Counted from the first letter of the stretch, positions 1 to 10,077 are shown. The stretch: DNA of 64,000 bases from Gammaproteobacteria bacterium (GCA_028284465.1 JANQRR010000023.1:1894-65893); one strand, 5' to 3'. The notes: generated by a model from the letters alone, not told the origin. Numbers and translations: made by a program.

Positions 1-20
1 AAGATTGGTCTGATACGCGT

Positions 21-740
21 GTGTTGACTAAAGACAATGATTACATTCAACTAGAAACATCGTCTCGATGTACCTTAGAATGCCCGTATTGCGCACGAGC
101 GACTTACAAAACTCGTAAAGATGCAGATCCGAATTGGTTAAACAAATTAGATGTGTCTCTTGATATCATAAAAGATGTACTTTCTTTCAAACATTGGAAA
201 GGTGTGGTTGATTGTGGTGTTCACAGTGATCCTATTTTCTATAAGTACTATCATGAAATGTTAGATATCATGCTTGGTATGATGATCCACAATTATCGAG
301 TTAGCATAGCTGCAACTGGTAGAACTAACGAATGGTGGAATGAAACACAACAGTTATGGAAACATTTGAACGATTCTGGTATTAACGTAGTTGTTGTATG
401 GGGCATTGATGGATTGGAAGATACTTCAAGCCTACATAGAATAGGGCAAGATTGGAATGAAATTACAACGCAAATGAAAATTGCTGCGAAAAATGGCGTT
501 AACTCGGTATGGCAATTCATACCTATGAGTTTCAATGAGCAGCAAATCGACGAAGCAAAACAATTAGCCAGAGATTGGAATGTAGGATTTCATTTAAAGC
601 CTTCTGATAGATTTGGCCCTAATGATCCTAATAAACCAAACGACAATTTGCACTATGAAATACACATAGAAAATGGTGTAACACACGAAAACAACAAACC
701 AAGAGAAGAATGGATAGATGCTGGAGTACATATACAGTGA
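21..740 (+). CDS. Radical SAM protein
   Basis: CxxxCxxC motif (CTLECPYC) after QLETSSR. Paralogue of the C-terminal domain of 5624..6643 (GIDGL, HRIGQ-W, WQFIPMSFNE). May extend left of the window. Confidence 0.85.
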   Translation: MLTKDNDYIQLETSSRCTLECPYCARATYKTRKDADPNWLNKLDVSLDIIKDVLSFKHWKGVVDCGVHSDPIFYKYYHEMLDIMLGMMIHNYRVSIAATGRTNEWWNETQQLWKHLNDSGINVVVVWGIDGLEDTSSLHRIGQDWNEITTQMKIAAKNGVNSVWQFIPMSFNEQQIDEAKQLARDWNVGFHLKPSDRFGPNDPNKPNDNLHYEIHIENGVTHENNKPREEWIDAGVHIQ

Positions 741-1914
741 TGAACAAAACCCAACAAAAATGGTCGTCTGGGATCTCGGCAGACGTTGTAACTACGATTG
801 CTCATACTGCACTGGTTGGATGCACTCCACAACTGCACCGTTCAATAAATTGGATCAATATAAACGGACAGCAGATTTCATTGATGGGTATTACGCAATC
901 TACGAGCAGTTTCATGCGACTAAATTCCGCCCGGTTCTCAGTTTCACGGGCGGTGAACCAGCAGTTAATCCAGACTTTTTTCCGCTCATAGAATATCTCA
1001 AAGAAGAATATCCTTACTTTGTTCTGAACCTCACAACCAATGGAACTTGGTCCAAAAGACGTGGCCAATTTTTGCTGGATAACATGGACAGTATCACTGT
1101 TTCCTATCACTGTGAAGGTAACGACAAACAACGACAGTTAGTACGTGATAACTTAGTTTGGATGCGCGAAAGAATCGCAAACAAGCACAAGCTTAAAGTC
1201 AATGTGATGATGCATGTCGATCATTGGGAAGACTGCATTGACTTGATCGAAAATGTACTCAAACCCAATGACATCAAATACATACCACGCACCATCGGAG
1301 ACGATGGACGAAACCGTTACGAATGGTTCGAAGATATGGATGGCGTCATGAGACGCACAAGTCATAAGTACACTGATGTTCAGATGGATTGGATCAAGGG
1401 ACACTGGCAACACGAAAACAAGAAAGTTGGTGACAAAACAGAACTTAAGAAATCTGACGATGGTGACGTACGTAAGATTGGTCGCATGTGCTGTGGTGGT
1501 AGATGCATGACAACTAAGGCAGTTGACAGCACCAAAGAAACTGATACCATGTTTATTCAACAATCCAACTTCAAAGGTTGGAACTGCATGGTTAACTGGT
1601 TTTTCTTACACATCGAAGAAGACAAGGATGTGGCATACCATCATCAAACATGTATGGCAAAGACGAGTGATACTCCTGAAGTTCATATTGGGCCTTTGTT
1701 GGAGCATGTTACTACTTTTAATGCTAATCGCGGCCCAATTTGCAATCTTAGTCGGAGTGACGAGTATCTTGCTTGGCTAGAAGACAAGGTGTTTCGAGAA
1801 GGCAGACCACCGACAATGATTTGTCCCAACACACATTGCGGATGTGGTATCTGTGTTGCTAAAGCCAGGACCAATGAAGATTTCGAGAGGTTAAAGGCTA
1901 AGTATGTTACCTAG
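718..1914 (+). CDS. Radical SAM protein with Cys-rich C-terminal (SPASM-like) domain
   Basis: CNYDCSYC, SFTGGEP and LTTNG motifs; C-terminal CPNTHCGCGIC. Confidence 0.88.
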   Translation: MLEYIYSDEQNPTKMVVWDLGRRCNYDCSYCTGWMHSTTAPFNKLDQYKRTADFIDGYYAIYEQFHATKFRPVLSFTGGEPAVNPDFFPLIEYLKEEYPYFVLNLTTNGTWSKRRGQFLLDNMDSITVSYHCEGNDKQRQLVRDNLVWMRERIANKHKLKVNVMMHVDHWEDCIDLIENVLKPNDIKYIPRTIGDDGRNRYEWFEDMDGVMRRTSHKYTDVQMDWIKGHWQHENKKVGDKTELKKSDDGDVRKIGRMCCGGRCMTTKAVDSTKETDTMFIQQSNFKGWNCMVNWFFLHIEEDKDVAYHHQTCMAKTSDTPEVHIGPLLEHVTTFNANRGPICNLSRSDEYLAWLEDKVFREGRPPTMICPNTHCGCGICVAKARTNEDFERLKAKYVT

Positions 1915-2401
1915 CATTGCTGAGCAAATAGCCGATTTTGTTGAACGTCGCAATTCAAGACTTCATACAACATTCCCTGATGAAGTTTATTTTGCAACCC
2001 AAAACGTGTACATGGGCGATTACAGATTTTTCGATCCCATCATAGATGCTTTACTGTTGGAGTTTGAAAATGCTGACTAGTTCCAGAAAACAAGATGTGC
2101 CTATCTTAAAAGATATACGCATCAAATATCCTGAATTCTTTGAAATAGAAGATCAAGTACATCCTGCTAAAGCAGGACATTTTGTTTGGCACGAGATTAT
2201 TATAGATCATTTGGAGAAAGAATTCAAATGAGCAAAATAAAAAAATCAATGAAAAAATTCATCGAAGGCTGTAATTCTATGACAATGCTAGAATACACCA
2301 GCACTGATATTTATTTCAAAATCAATCATCTCGTTATTGGCAATTACATCATGTATGATGCTGTTGTAACTGGTTTAGAATTGGATCTTGATAATGGGTA
2401 A
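1904..2401 (+). CDS. Array A: three coupled micro-ORFs (1904..2080, 2070..2231, 2228..2401) of the LxxEF family
   Basis: Manual translation gives C-termini IIDALLLEFENAD, IIDHLEKEFK and VVTGLELDLDNG; starts and stops overlap. Confidence 0.7.
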
Positions 2402-3449
2402 GAACCTATTGTTCGTGAACGTGAGCAAGAATACAAAAATCTTTCTTTTGCATAGCGCAGAAGCAGAACGATGTGGCCACACAGTCTACAATCTTACTGA
2501 TTTTCCAAGATCAGAACACAACACATTAAATTATGTTGAATATGTCAATAACAATTTCAAAGATTACGAGGATGCCATTAAACGCATCTTTCAAGAAAAA
2601 GACATAGACTACATTTCAACTCAGTGCGAAGTCTTGTACCCCTTGATAGATAAGCTATCGAGAGAAGGATACCCAACGATACCAATCATGGGTGGAGATG
2701 TTGACGAGCTAGTCAACAAAGAACGCTTTGCTAACTTCTGCCGTCGCATTGGTTTGCCGCAACCGGATACGTTTGCACCTACCAAGTTTGAAGAGATTGC
2801 CGACTACGATAGGCCAATCTTCATCAAACCAACAAACGGCACCGATGGCACAATCAAGCTGCATCTATCTGACGATAAGTACGCATTCTTTGATTACTGC
2901 CGCTTTCCTAGCGTTCAGACATTCATGGATACACTCGAAAAAGCAGATTACGTAGAAGAGTTTCTACGAACGCAAAACGAAATGAAAGACATGCCAAGTG
3001 GTAAAGGCATCCATGGCATTAGAGGACGACACTTAATACAAGAATGTGTGGTTACGCCAGATTACTTCTATTTCAACTTCATCGTTGATTCTGGTAAGAT
3101 TAAATTCTTAATGTCAAACAAATCCAGAATGAAAGGCAACGCAAATATCTACATGTATTTGCTGAACAATGTCGAATTGCTTGTGTTGCCTAAAGATGAA
3201 AACAATCACGCAAAGATGCGTGAGTTTGTCGGTGAGCACGTGTTCGAATCATTCATGGAACAAATCACCAAACTCATCGAACACGCCAAGGTAGAATTGT
3301 GTGGTTTTAACATGGCATTCATTCCTTGGCGAGACACATACCACATTCAAGACGTAACTTTACGCCATGGTGGCAACGCATCACTTAGATCAATGAACAC
3401 GCTTCTTAATCAGAACACTGATTATGATAGCATTTGGGAGTACGTATAA
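2394..3449 (+). CDS. ATP-grasp domain protein
   Basis: NKERFANFCRRIGLPQP, PIFIKP, LIQE and IQDVTLRHGG match the ATP-grasp motif order. Confidence 0.75.
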   Translation: MGKNLLFVNVSKNTKIFLLHSAEAERCGHTVYNLTDFPRSEHNTLNYVEYVNNNFKDYEDAIKRIFQEKDIDYISTQCEVLYPLIDKLSREGYPTIPIMGGDVDELVNKERFANFCRRIGLPQPDTFAPTKFEEIADYDRPIFIKPTNGTDGTIKLHLSDDKYAFFDYCRFPSVQTFMDTLEKADYVEEFLRTQNEMKDMPSGKGIHGIRGRHLIQECVVTPDYFYFNFIVDSGKIKFLMSNKSRMKGNANIYMYLLNNVELLVLPKDENNHAKMREFVGEHVFESFMEQITKLIEHAKVELCGFNMAFIPWRDTYHIQDVTLRHGGNASLRSMNTLLNQNTDYDSIWEYV

Positions 3450-4531
3450 TGATCATGACAGGCTGGGAAATCGAGTACTACAAAAACCAGAATGATTACA
3501 TCAAACTGTTCAATGAAGTATTGCAGCAGAAGCAAGAAACAGACATCAGTTTTTTAGAAGATCGTTTAGCCAAAATGCATGACAGAAAGTATGCAGTAGC
3601 ATGTTCTAGTGGTACAGATGCTCTGCATTTAATCATGCTCGCACTAAGAAATTATGGTGTTGTTCCTGGTGAAGAAGTTTTGGTTCCTGACTTTTCGTGG
3701 ATCTCTACAGCGTCTTGTGTCGCAATGACAGATGCTATGCCGATATTCTGTGACATTGATCTAGACAGCTACCACATGTCCCTGAACAGTATGAAACATA
3801 TGTGTGGTGGCCACACCATGGCTATCGTGTATCCCCATCTATTCGGCAACATGAGTGACACCACAGAGATTGAAGAGTGGTGTGAAAAGAAAGATCTTTT
3901 GTTTGTCGAAGATGCATGTCAATCTATTGGGGCAAGCTACAATGGACGCAAAGCAGGTAGTATTGGAATAGCCAGTGCACTGAGCTTTAACGCGAACAAA
4001 AACATCGCTGGTATCGCTGGCGGTGGTGCTATCCTGACAGATCAACAAGACATTGCTGATTACTGCCGTAAAGCTCGACAGCATGGTAATGGCGACTTCT
4101 TAGGATATAACTCTAAGATGCTGCTGTTAAACGCACGTGTGATCGACTATCGCCTGAATAAAATGCAAGAGTGGCAATTCCATAGGCAAAAGTCTGCTGA
4201 GCTTTATGATGATGCTTTGAGAGATTTGCCAGTAGTTATCCAAGGCGATAAGAACGTCAATCACAACTATCATAAGTATGTGGTGCGCTTTGAATCAAAA
4301 GAGATTCGAGACAAAGTGCAAAGGGCAATTGGTGCTGCTGTTCACTACGACAAACCACTTTCTGAAAATGCGATGTGGGAAGACATAAACCACGAAGCAG
4401 ACGAAACACCAAATGCCAAATTGGTTTGTGATACCATTCTCACGTTACCACTAAATCATTATACAGACTTTGGTGATATTATAAAAACGGCTGATACTAT
4501 AACAGATATTGTAAAGGGAAATGCCAACTAA
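3449..4531 (+). CDS. DegT/DnrJ/EryC1/StrS PLP-dependent aminotransferase
   Basis: SSGTDAL, VEDACQSIG and SFNANKN (PLP lysine) followed by GGGA. Confidence 0.93.
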   Translation: MIMTGWEIEYYKNQNDYIKLFNEVLQQKQETDISFLEDRLAKMHDRKYAVACSSGTDALHLIMLALRNYGVVPGEEVLVPDFSWISTASCVAMTDAMPIFCDIDLDSYHMSLNSMKHMCGGHTMAIVYPHLFGNMSDTTEIEEWCEKKDLLFVEDACQSIGASYNGRKAGSIGIASALSFNANKNIAGIAGGGAILTDQQDIADYCRKARQHGNGDFLGYNSKMLLLNARVIDYRLNKMQEWQFHRQKSAELYDDALRDLPVVIQGDKNVNHNYHKYVVRFESKEIRDKVQRAIGAAVHYDKPLSENAMWEDINHEADETPNAKLVCDTILTLPLNHYTDFGDIIKTADTITDIVKGNAN

Positions 4532-5624
4532 GAGTTATTGCGAAAAACCATTTACACACATACACTCCCACGCACGAGGACAGTATAAGCTGTGTTGTCA
4601 TGCTAGTGTTCATCCAAAATTGGAGAAGTACACTATCAGGACGGCACGGCCCTTTGAGTTTTTTCTGTCTGACGAGATGGAAGAAATTCGCAATGACATG
4701 CTAGAGGGCAAGGCAATCCCTGGCTGTGAATACTGCTACCAGATAGAAGAATCTGGTATGAAGTCGCCAAGACTAACTAATAGAAAATTTTCTGGTGTTG
4801 AGCCACACAGCGTTGGCGTGCAAGTAAGAATATTTGGATCTACTTGCAACCTCAGTTGCTACATGTGTTTTCCATTCAATTCATCCACAAAAAATAAAGA
4901 ATTAAAGAATATTGATACAGACATATTTGTAAAATATGATTCTGAATTCTACCAAATTGATGATGAATCCATGGCTGTATCCGTACAGGATGTTCTCGAT
5001 AACATAGAATTAATAGACTTTATTACCATTATTGGTGGCGAACCGTTTGTAATGTCTCCACATTGGGAGTTTTTGGATCGTATTCCCAAAGAGATGAGAA
5101 AGAAAATCTCTCTTAGGTATCAAACAAATCTCACTAAATTACATCACAAAAAATGGCATCTGCTTGATTATGTGAATGACTTCAAAAGTATTAAACTGTT
5201 CGTATCAGTTGATCATTTCAAAGAAAAGCTTGCTTGGATACGTTATCCAATAGATGTGAATCAATTTGAAAACAATCTCATGGAATATCATAAGTACATC
5301 GAATCAATGCACATGTGCATTGGATTGCTGAATGTGCATGACGTGCCTCAAATAGTAGATTACTACAAGAATAATTTTGGTCTGCCATTAGAATTAAAGA
5401 ACATAGTGCAACAACCACCAGAATTGTCTATTAAGAATCTGGCAGATAAACAACCAGTAATTGATATGTTCACTGAATTAAATGACGTACCAGACGTGAT
5501 CTTTCACGAATTAAATAAACCGAGAGATGAAGTAGAATATCAAAAGTTTGTAGATTACGTAAGATTACTAGATCAAAAACGAGGCACCAGCGCCAATAAA
5601 ACGTTTGGTTGGGAAATATATTAA
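4521..5624 (+). CDS. Radical SAM protein with N-terminal SPASM/twitch-like domain
   Basis: N-terminal C..PF...LCC and CEYC; CNLSCYMC; IIGGEPF. Confidence 0.88.
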   Translation: MPTKSYCEKPFTHIHSHARGQYKLCCHASVHPKLEKYTIRTARPFEFFLSDEMEEIRNDMLEGKAIPGCEYCYQIEESGMKSPRLTNRKFSGVEPHSVGVQVRIFGSTCNLSCYMCFPFNSSTKNKELKNIDTDIFVKYDSEFYQIDDESMAVSVQDVLDNIELIDFITIIGGEPFVMSPHWEFLDRIPKEMRKKISLRYQTNLTKLHHKKWHLLDYVNDFKSIKLFVSVDHFKEKLAWIRYPIDVNQFENNLMEYHKYIESMHMCIGLLNVHDVPQIVDYYKNNFGLPLELKNIVQQPPELSIKNLADKQPVIDMFTELNDVPDVIFHELNKPRDEVEYQKFVDYVRLLDQKRGTSANKTFGWEIY

Positions 5625-6643
5625 TGATTTATCCTAGATGTATGGTTGGCAGAAAGCCGTTTATAACATGCCATGGTTATGTCATGCCATGCTGCTGGCT
5701 AGAAATTCCGCGTTACGATTCTGGTGGCCAAATACGAAATGAAGATTGGGAGCTGATTGACAACATATTTTTGCGTGATGCTTTTCATCTTGAAAACAGA
5801 ACTTACAAAGAGATTGTTACTAGCGATGAATGGTTGATGGCACTGGAGCAATTGTTCCTGTTAAAATACCATCCATGCAAAATGAAATGTAATAATTTCT
5901 TCATTCATGACGGTAAAATTACTCATGATGAATTGATTATTGATCAAATGGTTTTAAATGACGAGCTGAACACTTCAGATAGTATGGACGTATTCAATAA
6001 AAGCATCGTGGACACATGGAATGTCAATGAAATACAAGTCGAATTGACCAATCGGTGTTCTTTGAAATGTTCTTATTGCCCTAGAACTATTGAAAGCTTA
6101 AAGAATGCAGATCTTCCTATTGATTGTCTGGAAGATGTTATGATGAGCAAAGCGTGGGATATCGTAGATGATGTTGGTTCATATGGTGACAGCATATTTT
6201 ATAGACACTATCACGAATTTCTTAGCATACTGGCAAAGGCCAAAGTAAAATCTTACTTTGCTCATTTTGCTGCCACTGGACGTAGCCAAGAATGGTGGGA
6301 TAAAACGATTGACTTATTTGACACAGTCATTCAAGGCGGTACGCGCGTAAGAATTTTATTTGGCATTGATGGCTTGTCAGATACGTCAAAATTGCATAGA
6401 ATAGGCCAGAATTGGGATGAGATCACGTATGCCATGAAACGCACTAGAGAGGTTGGGTGTAAGTCAATTTGGCAATTCATACCTATGAGTTTTAATGAGC
6501 ACCAAATCGAAGAAGCCGAGCAGTTAGCAAAAGAATGGGGTGTACATTTCAGGATACACACTAGCTGTCGATTCACCAAAAATGATCCAAACATGCCGAC
6601 CAATCCAAGATACCATAGGGATTTTTACGATGTCAGAAATTAG
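5624..6643 (+). CDS. Radical SAM protein with N-terminal SPASM-like domain
   Basis: GYVMPCCW and CKMKC; ELTNRCSLKCSYC. Confidence 0.85.
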   Translation: MIYPRCMVGRKPFITCHGYVMPCCWLEIPRYDSGGQIRNEDWELIDNIFLRDAFHLENRTYKEIVTSDEWLMALEQLFLLKYHPCKMKCNNFFIHDGKITHDELIIDQMVLNDELNTSDSMDVFNKSIVDTWNVNEIQVELTNRCSLKCSYCPRTIESLKNADLPIDCLEDVMMSKAWDIVDDVGSYGDSIFYRHYHEFLSILAKAKVKSYFAHFAATGRSQEWWDKTIDLFDTVIQGGTRVRILFGIDGLSDTSKLHRIGQNWDEITYAMKRTREVGCKSIWQFIPMSFNEHQIEEAEQLAKEWGVHFRIHTSCRFTKNDPNMPTNPRYHRDFYDVRN

Positions 6644-7121
6644 CTACACAACGTTCGAGGAAATTCTTCCGTTGTGGCAAACACCTGAAATGTGGGGTGA
6701 TGAAGAGCCGCGTCGTGTAAGCTCTATGAAATACTATGATGGCATTGATTTTCATGGTGGTAATGAGCTAAACGTGTATGAACTAAAATATTCAGTACCC
6801 AGATTTTTAGCACACAAGATCAAAGATGATATCACAGGATGTGTTTCTGTCTTTTGGATAGACAATACAATCCGTTTTCGTGGCTTGTACGTCAAACCAG
6901 AATATCGTGGCTTAGGCATCTCTGAACATCTGCTAAGAGCAGCTATAAATGCCACCAAGGAAGGCATGCCAGAATCCAATTTTGGCTGGGCACTAGCAGG
7001 ACCAAATTCAACGCACGTGCACAAGAAAGTTGGCTTTAGGCAAGTCACACCACAATACAACGAAATGCCTGATGGCAACGTTTCTAAGCACAAGAATAGT
7101 TACTTAAGATATGATTGGTGA
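6630..7121 (+). CDS. GNAT family acetyltransferase
   Basis: Acetyl-CoA motif A (RGLYVKPEYRGLGISEHLL) and KKVGF. Start taken at MSEIS. Confidence 0.85.
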   Translation: MSEISYTTFEEILPLWQTPEMWGDEEPRRVSSMKYYDGIDFHGGNELNVYELKYSVPRFLAHKIKDDITGCVSVFWIDNTIRFRGLYVKPEYRGLGISEHLLRAAINATKEGMPESNFGWALAGPNSTHVHKKVGFRQVTPQYNEMPDGNVSKHKNSYLRYDW

Positions 7122-8253
7122 CACTTGCGCCCATCAATGGGCTGGCGTGTACATCAATCCAGAAGGATTTATACATCTCTGTGGAATTTCTAAAGAAAAA
7201 ATTGTGGGCGACACGCCACCCCATATTGACGAGATTGATAGCCTGGGGGATTTCTATCGGGACGCTTATTTTACTAAGTTACGTAATACTCCGGTAAGAG
7301 ACAATCCGTACTGCATCGCATGCACACGTAGAGAAGACAATGGAGTCAAATCTCTACGTACAATGATTGGCGAGAAGTACCAGAAGTTCAACCTACCTCT
7401 CAACGAAACAATCCAGCATTTAGATATATGTTTCAGTAACTTATGCAATCAGCAATGCGTGATGTGCAAGAGCGAATCAAGCTCGCGTTGGTACATGGAC
7501 GACAAGAAACATGAGAATTCTATCTTCCAACGCAAACCTATCAAGTATCGCAAATGGACGGAAAACAATCTCCACAAGATCATTGCGATCCTACCAGACA
7601 TTAAGATCCTGACAATCAAAGGTGGCGAACCATTGATTCAAGCAGAAGTTCTTGAAATGCTCAGATATCTGAAGGATAACAAACTTTATCCCAGAATCGA
7701 AGTCTTAAGCAATTTTCAAGAAGTTTCTGATGAAATGATGGATGTGCTCTGGGAGATGCAGAATCTTGTTCTTAGAGTTTCCATGGATGGACATGGAGAA
7801 GTCTACAATTGGCAGCGTGGCGGCAATTATGACGCCGTAATGGACAATCTAACTCGATATGTAAAGGGATGTAATGGGATTTCTGATTTCGGTTATACTA
7901 ACACTCTGTCACGTTGGTCTTACCGTAGCTTGGTACGTGATATTATTGAAATTGAAGCTGCCACTAAGAAAATGGACGTTGGGAATTTGGTTAATTACAA
8001 TATTCAGCCCGTTATTGGTCCTGCATATGCTTCACCGTTCGTGGATGCTTTGGATAATCGAATGGACTTAATTTATGAATTCGAAAAACACTTTGGATTT
8101 ATCACAGAAGATTCCATGGAGTATGGTTGTTTAAGAATCAACCATCTCTCCAACGTTTTGTCTCTTGAAAATGATGTGTATGAAGTGGATGACGAATTGC
8201 TCGAAAAGTCTGCTCTATGGGAGCAAGAGGTTAATAATATCCGACGCGTTTGA
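7111..8253 (+). CDS. Radical SAM protein with N-terminal twitch/SPASM domain
   Basis: CIAC; SNLCNQQCVMC...SS.W; IKGGEPL; SMDG. Confidence 0.88.
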   Translation: MIGDTCAHQWAGVYINPEGFIHLCGISKEKIVGDTPPHIDEIDSLGDFYRDAYFTKLRNTPVRDNPYCIACTRREDNGVKSLRTMIGEKYQKFNLPLNETIQHLDICFSNLCNQQCVMCKSESSSRWYMDDKKHENSIFQRKPIKYRKWTENNLHKIIAILPDIKILTIKGGEPLIQAEVLEMLRYLKDNKLYPRIEVLSNFQEVSDEMMDVLWEMQNLVLRVSMDGHGEVYNWQRGGNYDAVMDNLTRYVKGCNGISDFGYTNTLSRWSYRSLVRDIIEIEAATKKMDVGNLVNYNIQPVIGPAYASPFVDALDNRMDLIYEFEKHFGFITEDSMEYGCLRINHLSNVLSLENDVYEVDDELLEKSALWEQEVNNIRRV

Positions 8254-8254
8254 T

Positions 8255-8482
8255 CTATTTTTGCTGTAATAAATCTATAACGTCGTCTTTAATGCCATGA
8301 AATAGATGTGAAGAATTAAACGGCAAATCTTCTTTTCCATAAAGATGTAAAGCCATTTTGGTTGCTGCCTGCTTTTTTAATTGTCCGCTTACTGTTGGCG
8401 GAAATTTATCTGGCCAACGACGAACTATGTAGATATCCCATGGGGATATTCGACACCACATTAACCACAACCACCATCGCAT
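8255..8482 (-). CDS. Hypothetical protein
   Basis: 75-aa ORF directly downstream of the S4-like gene on the same strand. Confidence 0.4.
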   Translation of the reverse strand: MRWWLWLMWCRISPWDIYIVRRWPDKFPPTVSGQLKKQAATKMALHLYGKEDLPFNSSHLFHGIKDDVIDLLQQK

Positions 8483-8493
8483 AATAATTGCCT

Positions 8494-8703
8494 TTACTCT
8501 AATTCGTTAATCTTACATAGTAGCTGTGGTGTTTCGCTACCATTGTTCACTAGGAATACAAATCCTTCATCTTGCTGAAGTTTGGCGTTATGATCAGTAA
8601 TCAGAATTTCTTGTACTCTGATCGCTCCATCTTTCACGAACTGACGAAATTCACGACTGGATTTCACAAGCCCGCCTCGCTTGAATGCTTCAAATACAGT
8701 CAT
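8494..8703 (-). CDS. Stand-alone S4-like RNA-binding domain protein
   Basis: GLVKSSREFRQFVKDGAIRV resembles the S4 motif (as in the TyrRS C-terminus); GGGAG SD upstream. Confidence 0.65.
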   Translation of the reverse strand: MTVFEAFKRGGLVKSSREFRQFVKDGAIRVQEILITDHNAKLQQDEGFVFLVNNGSETPQLLCKINELE

Positions 8704-8732
8704 GATAATTCTCCCAATTTGATTGTTCCTGC

Positions 8733-8761
8733 ATCCTACCACAGCCCCTGAAGCAAGTCAA
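8733..8761 (-). promoter_or_regulatory. Sigma70-type early promoter
   Basis: TTGACT-17 nt-TAGGAT on the minus strand. Confidence 0.7.
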
Positions 8762-8763
8762 AC

Positions 8764-8771
8764 CATAAATA
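8764..8771 (+). promoter_or_regulatory. T4-type late (gp55) promoter
   Basis: CATAAATA upstream of the holin-like gene. Confidence 0.6.
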
Positions 8772-8818
8772 ATATAGTTAATCATGTATCACGCGATAAC
8801 TTTTAAAGCGAGGATACC

Positions 8819-9112
8819 ATGGAACAAGAAAAAGAAATGAGTACGTATGAGCGTTTCTTCCACAATAAGTGGAGGCCAGCAATCGGCTGGATTTACGCCA
8901 TCGTAGTTGCATTTGACTTCATGCTGGCACCAGTTGGATACAACGTAGCACAATTCATTGCTGGCACTGAACTATCGCAATGGAAACCAATCACGCTAGA
9001 AGGCGGTGGATTGTTTCACGTTTCGATGCTGACGATTGTTGGTGCAACTGCTTGGGGTAGAACGCAAGAAAAACTAAAGCAAGCACAAAGTGATATCGGA
9101 AAAATTGGATGA
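8819..9112 (+). CDS. Holin-like membrane protein (3TM gene-transfer-release holin type)
   Basis: WRPAIGWIY motif, hydrophobic segments and C-terminal WGRTQEK. Confidence 0.7.
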   Translation: MEQEKEMSTYERFFHNKWRPAIGWIYAIVVAFDFMLAPVGYNVAQFIAGTELSQWKPITLEGGGLFHVSMLTIVGATAWGRTQEKLKQAQSDIGKIG

Positions 9113-9660
9113 GATCTTTTAGGCTAATATATGAGCAAGTCACAGCACAAAGAGCACTTAAACGACTCCAATGGATGCGCAAGCCAGTGGAAACCGGAGC
9201 TATATACGACAAGCCAGAACATCAGCCTAAAAGGATTAACCTACCTTATCAGCGTGGAAAGAAGCACGCACATGAAGCTATGGCGAGAGTTTACAGAAAC
9301 GATGATTGGCATGACGGGGCTGGTACGGAGCGCAAGTATAAGACAAAAAAATTGTCTCAACTGGTTAAATCCCCATCCAAGCTTAATTTCACGCAAGATG
9401 CCACTCATGCGCACGACGACGCAAAGCTTAAAGATAAATCAGATCCTAAAAAAATCAAAGGCCATATCGTCATAACCACACACAAAGATGTTAGTGGTAA
9501 AGATCAGCATACTGTATTAGATGGACACCACGCGTTGGTAGGAGCCATTGCGCGTGGTCATGATCCCGAAGTTAAGCATGTTCATCTAGATCATGAGGCG
9601 AATGAGCTTAGAAAAACCCATCCACAACATGAAATAGATCTAGACGAATATCGAACTTAA
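9109..9660 (+). CDS. ParB/Srx-like His/Lys-rich protein, putative capsid-internal protein
   Basis: VLDGHHAL motif; N-terminus MRSFRLIYE resembles the T4 capsid-targeting sequence. Confidence 0.55.
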   Translation: MRSFRLIYEQVTAQRALKRLQWMRKPVETGAIYDKPEHQPKRINLPYQRGKKHAHEAMARVYRNDDWHDGAGTERKYKTKKLSQLVKSPSKLNFTQDATHAHDDAKLKDKSDPKKIKGHIVITTHKDVSGKDQHTVLDGHHALVGAIARGHDPEVKHVHLDHEANELRKTHPQHEIDLDEYRT

Positions 9661-9998
9661 TCGAGGCGTGAACAGCCGTACGCGGTAAACCCATATTTAC
9701 GGAACACTTCGGCAGCTGCATTTGCGCCTGCTTCTAGCGTATCAACGTTCTGGACACCAAGACCAGCTGGATTCCAGATCTGGAAAATGCGATGATGGTT
9801 CTGCTGAACACCAGCAGACTTGAACTTCTTACCCAAAAGAGTATTGCCTTTCAAGCGCTTACTCTCATGTGAGTGAATTTCCACCCAAGCAAAACCACAT
9901 GCATACTGATCTTGTCCACCAAGCTTCTCTTGGAAGTACTTTGCTGCGGCTGATTTTGCTGCTTGCTTCGCTTCGTTTACGATTGATTCGACGTTCAT
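9657..9998 (-). CDS. Hypothetical phage protein (CGFAWV motif)
   Basis: AGGAG SD before MNVES; has its own promoter upstream. Confidence 0.65.
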   Translation of the reverse strand: MNVESIVNEAKQAAKSAAAKYFQEKLGGQDQYACGFAWVEIHSHESKRLKGNTLLGKKFKSAGVQQNHHRIFQIWNPAGLGVQNVDTLEAGANAAAEVFRKYGFTAYGCSRLD

Positions 9999-10029
9999 TC
10001 TGTATCTCCTGTGTTCATCCAATAATTGA

Positions 10030-10058
10030 ACAATACACTCTCTCAGACATCCCGTCAA
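10030..10058 (-). promoter_or_regulatory. Sigma70-type early promoter
   Basis: TTGACG-17 nt-TATTGT on the minus strand. Confidence 0.6.
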
Positions 10059-10077
10059 CTCCTAAAACGAATGTTAC

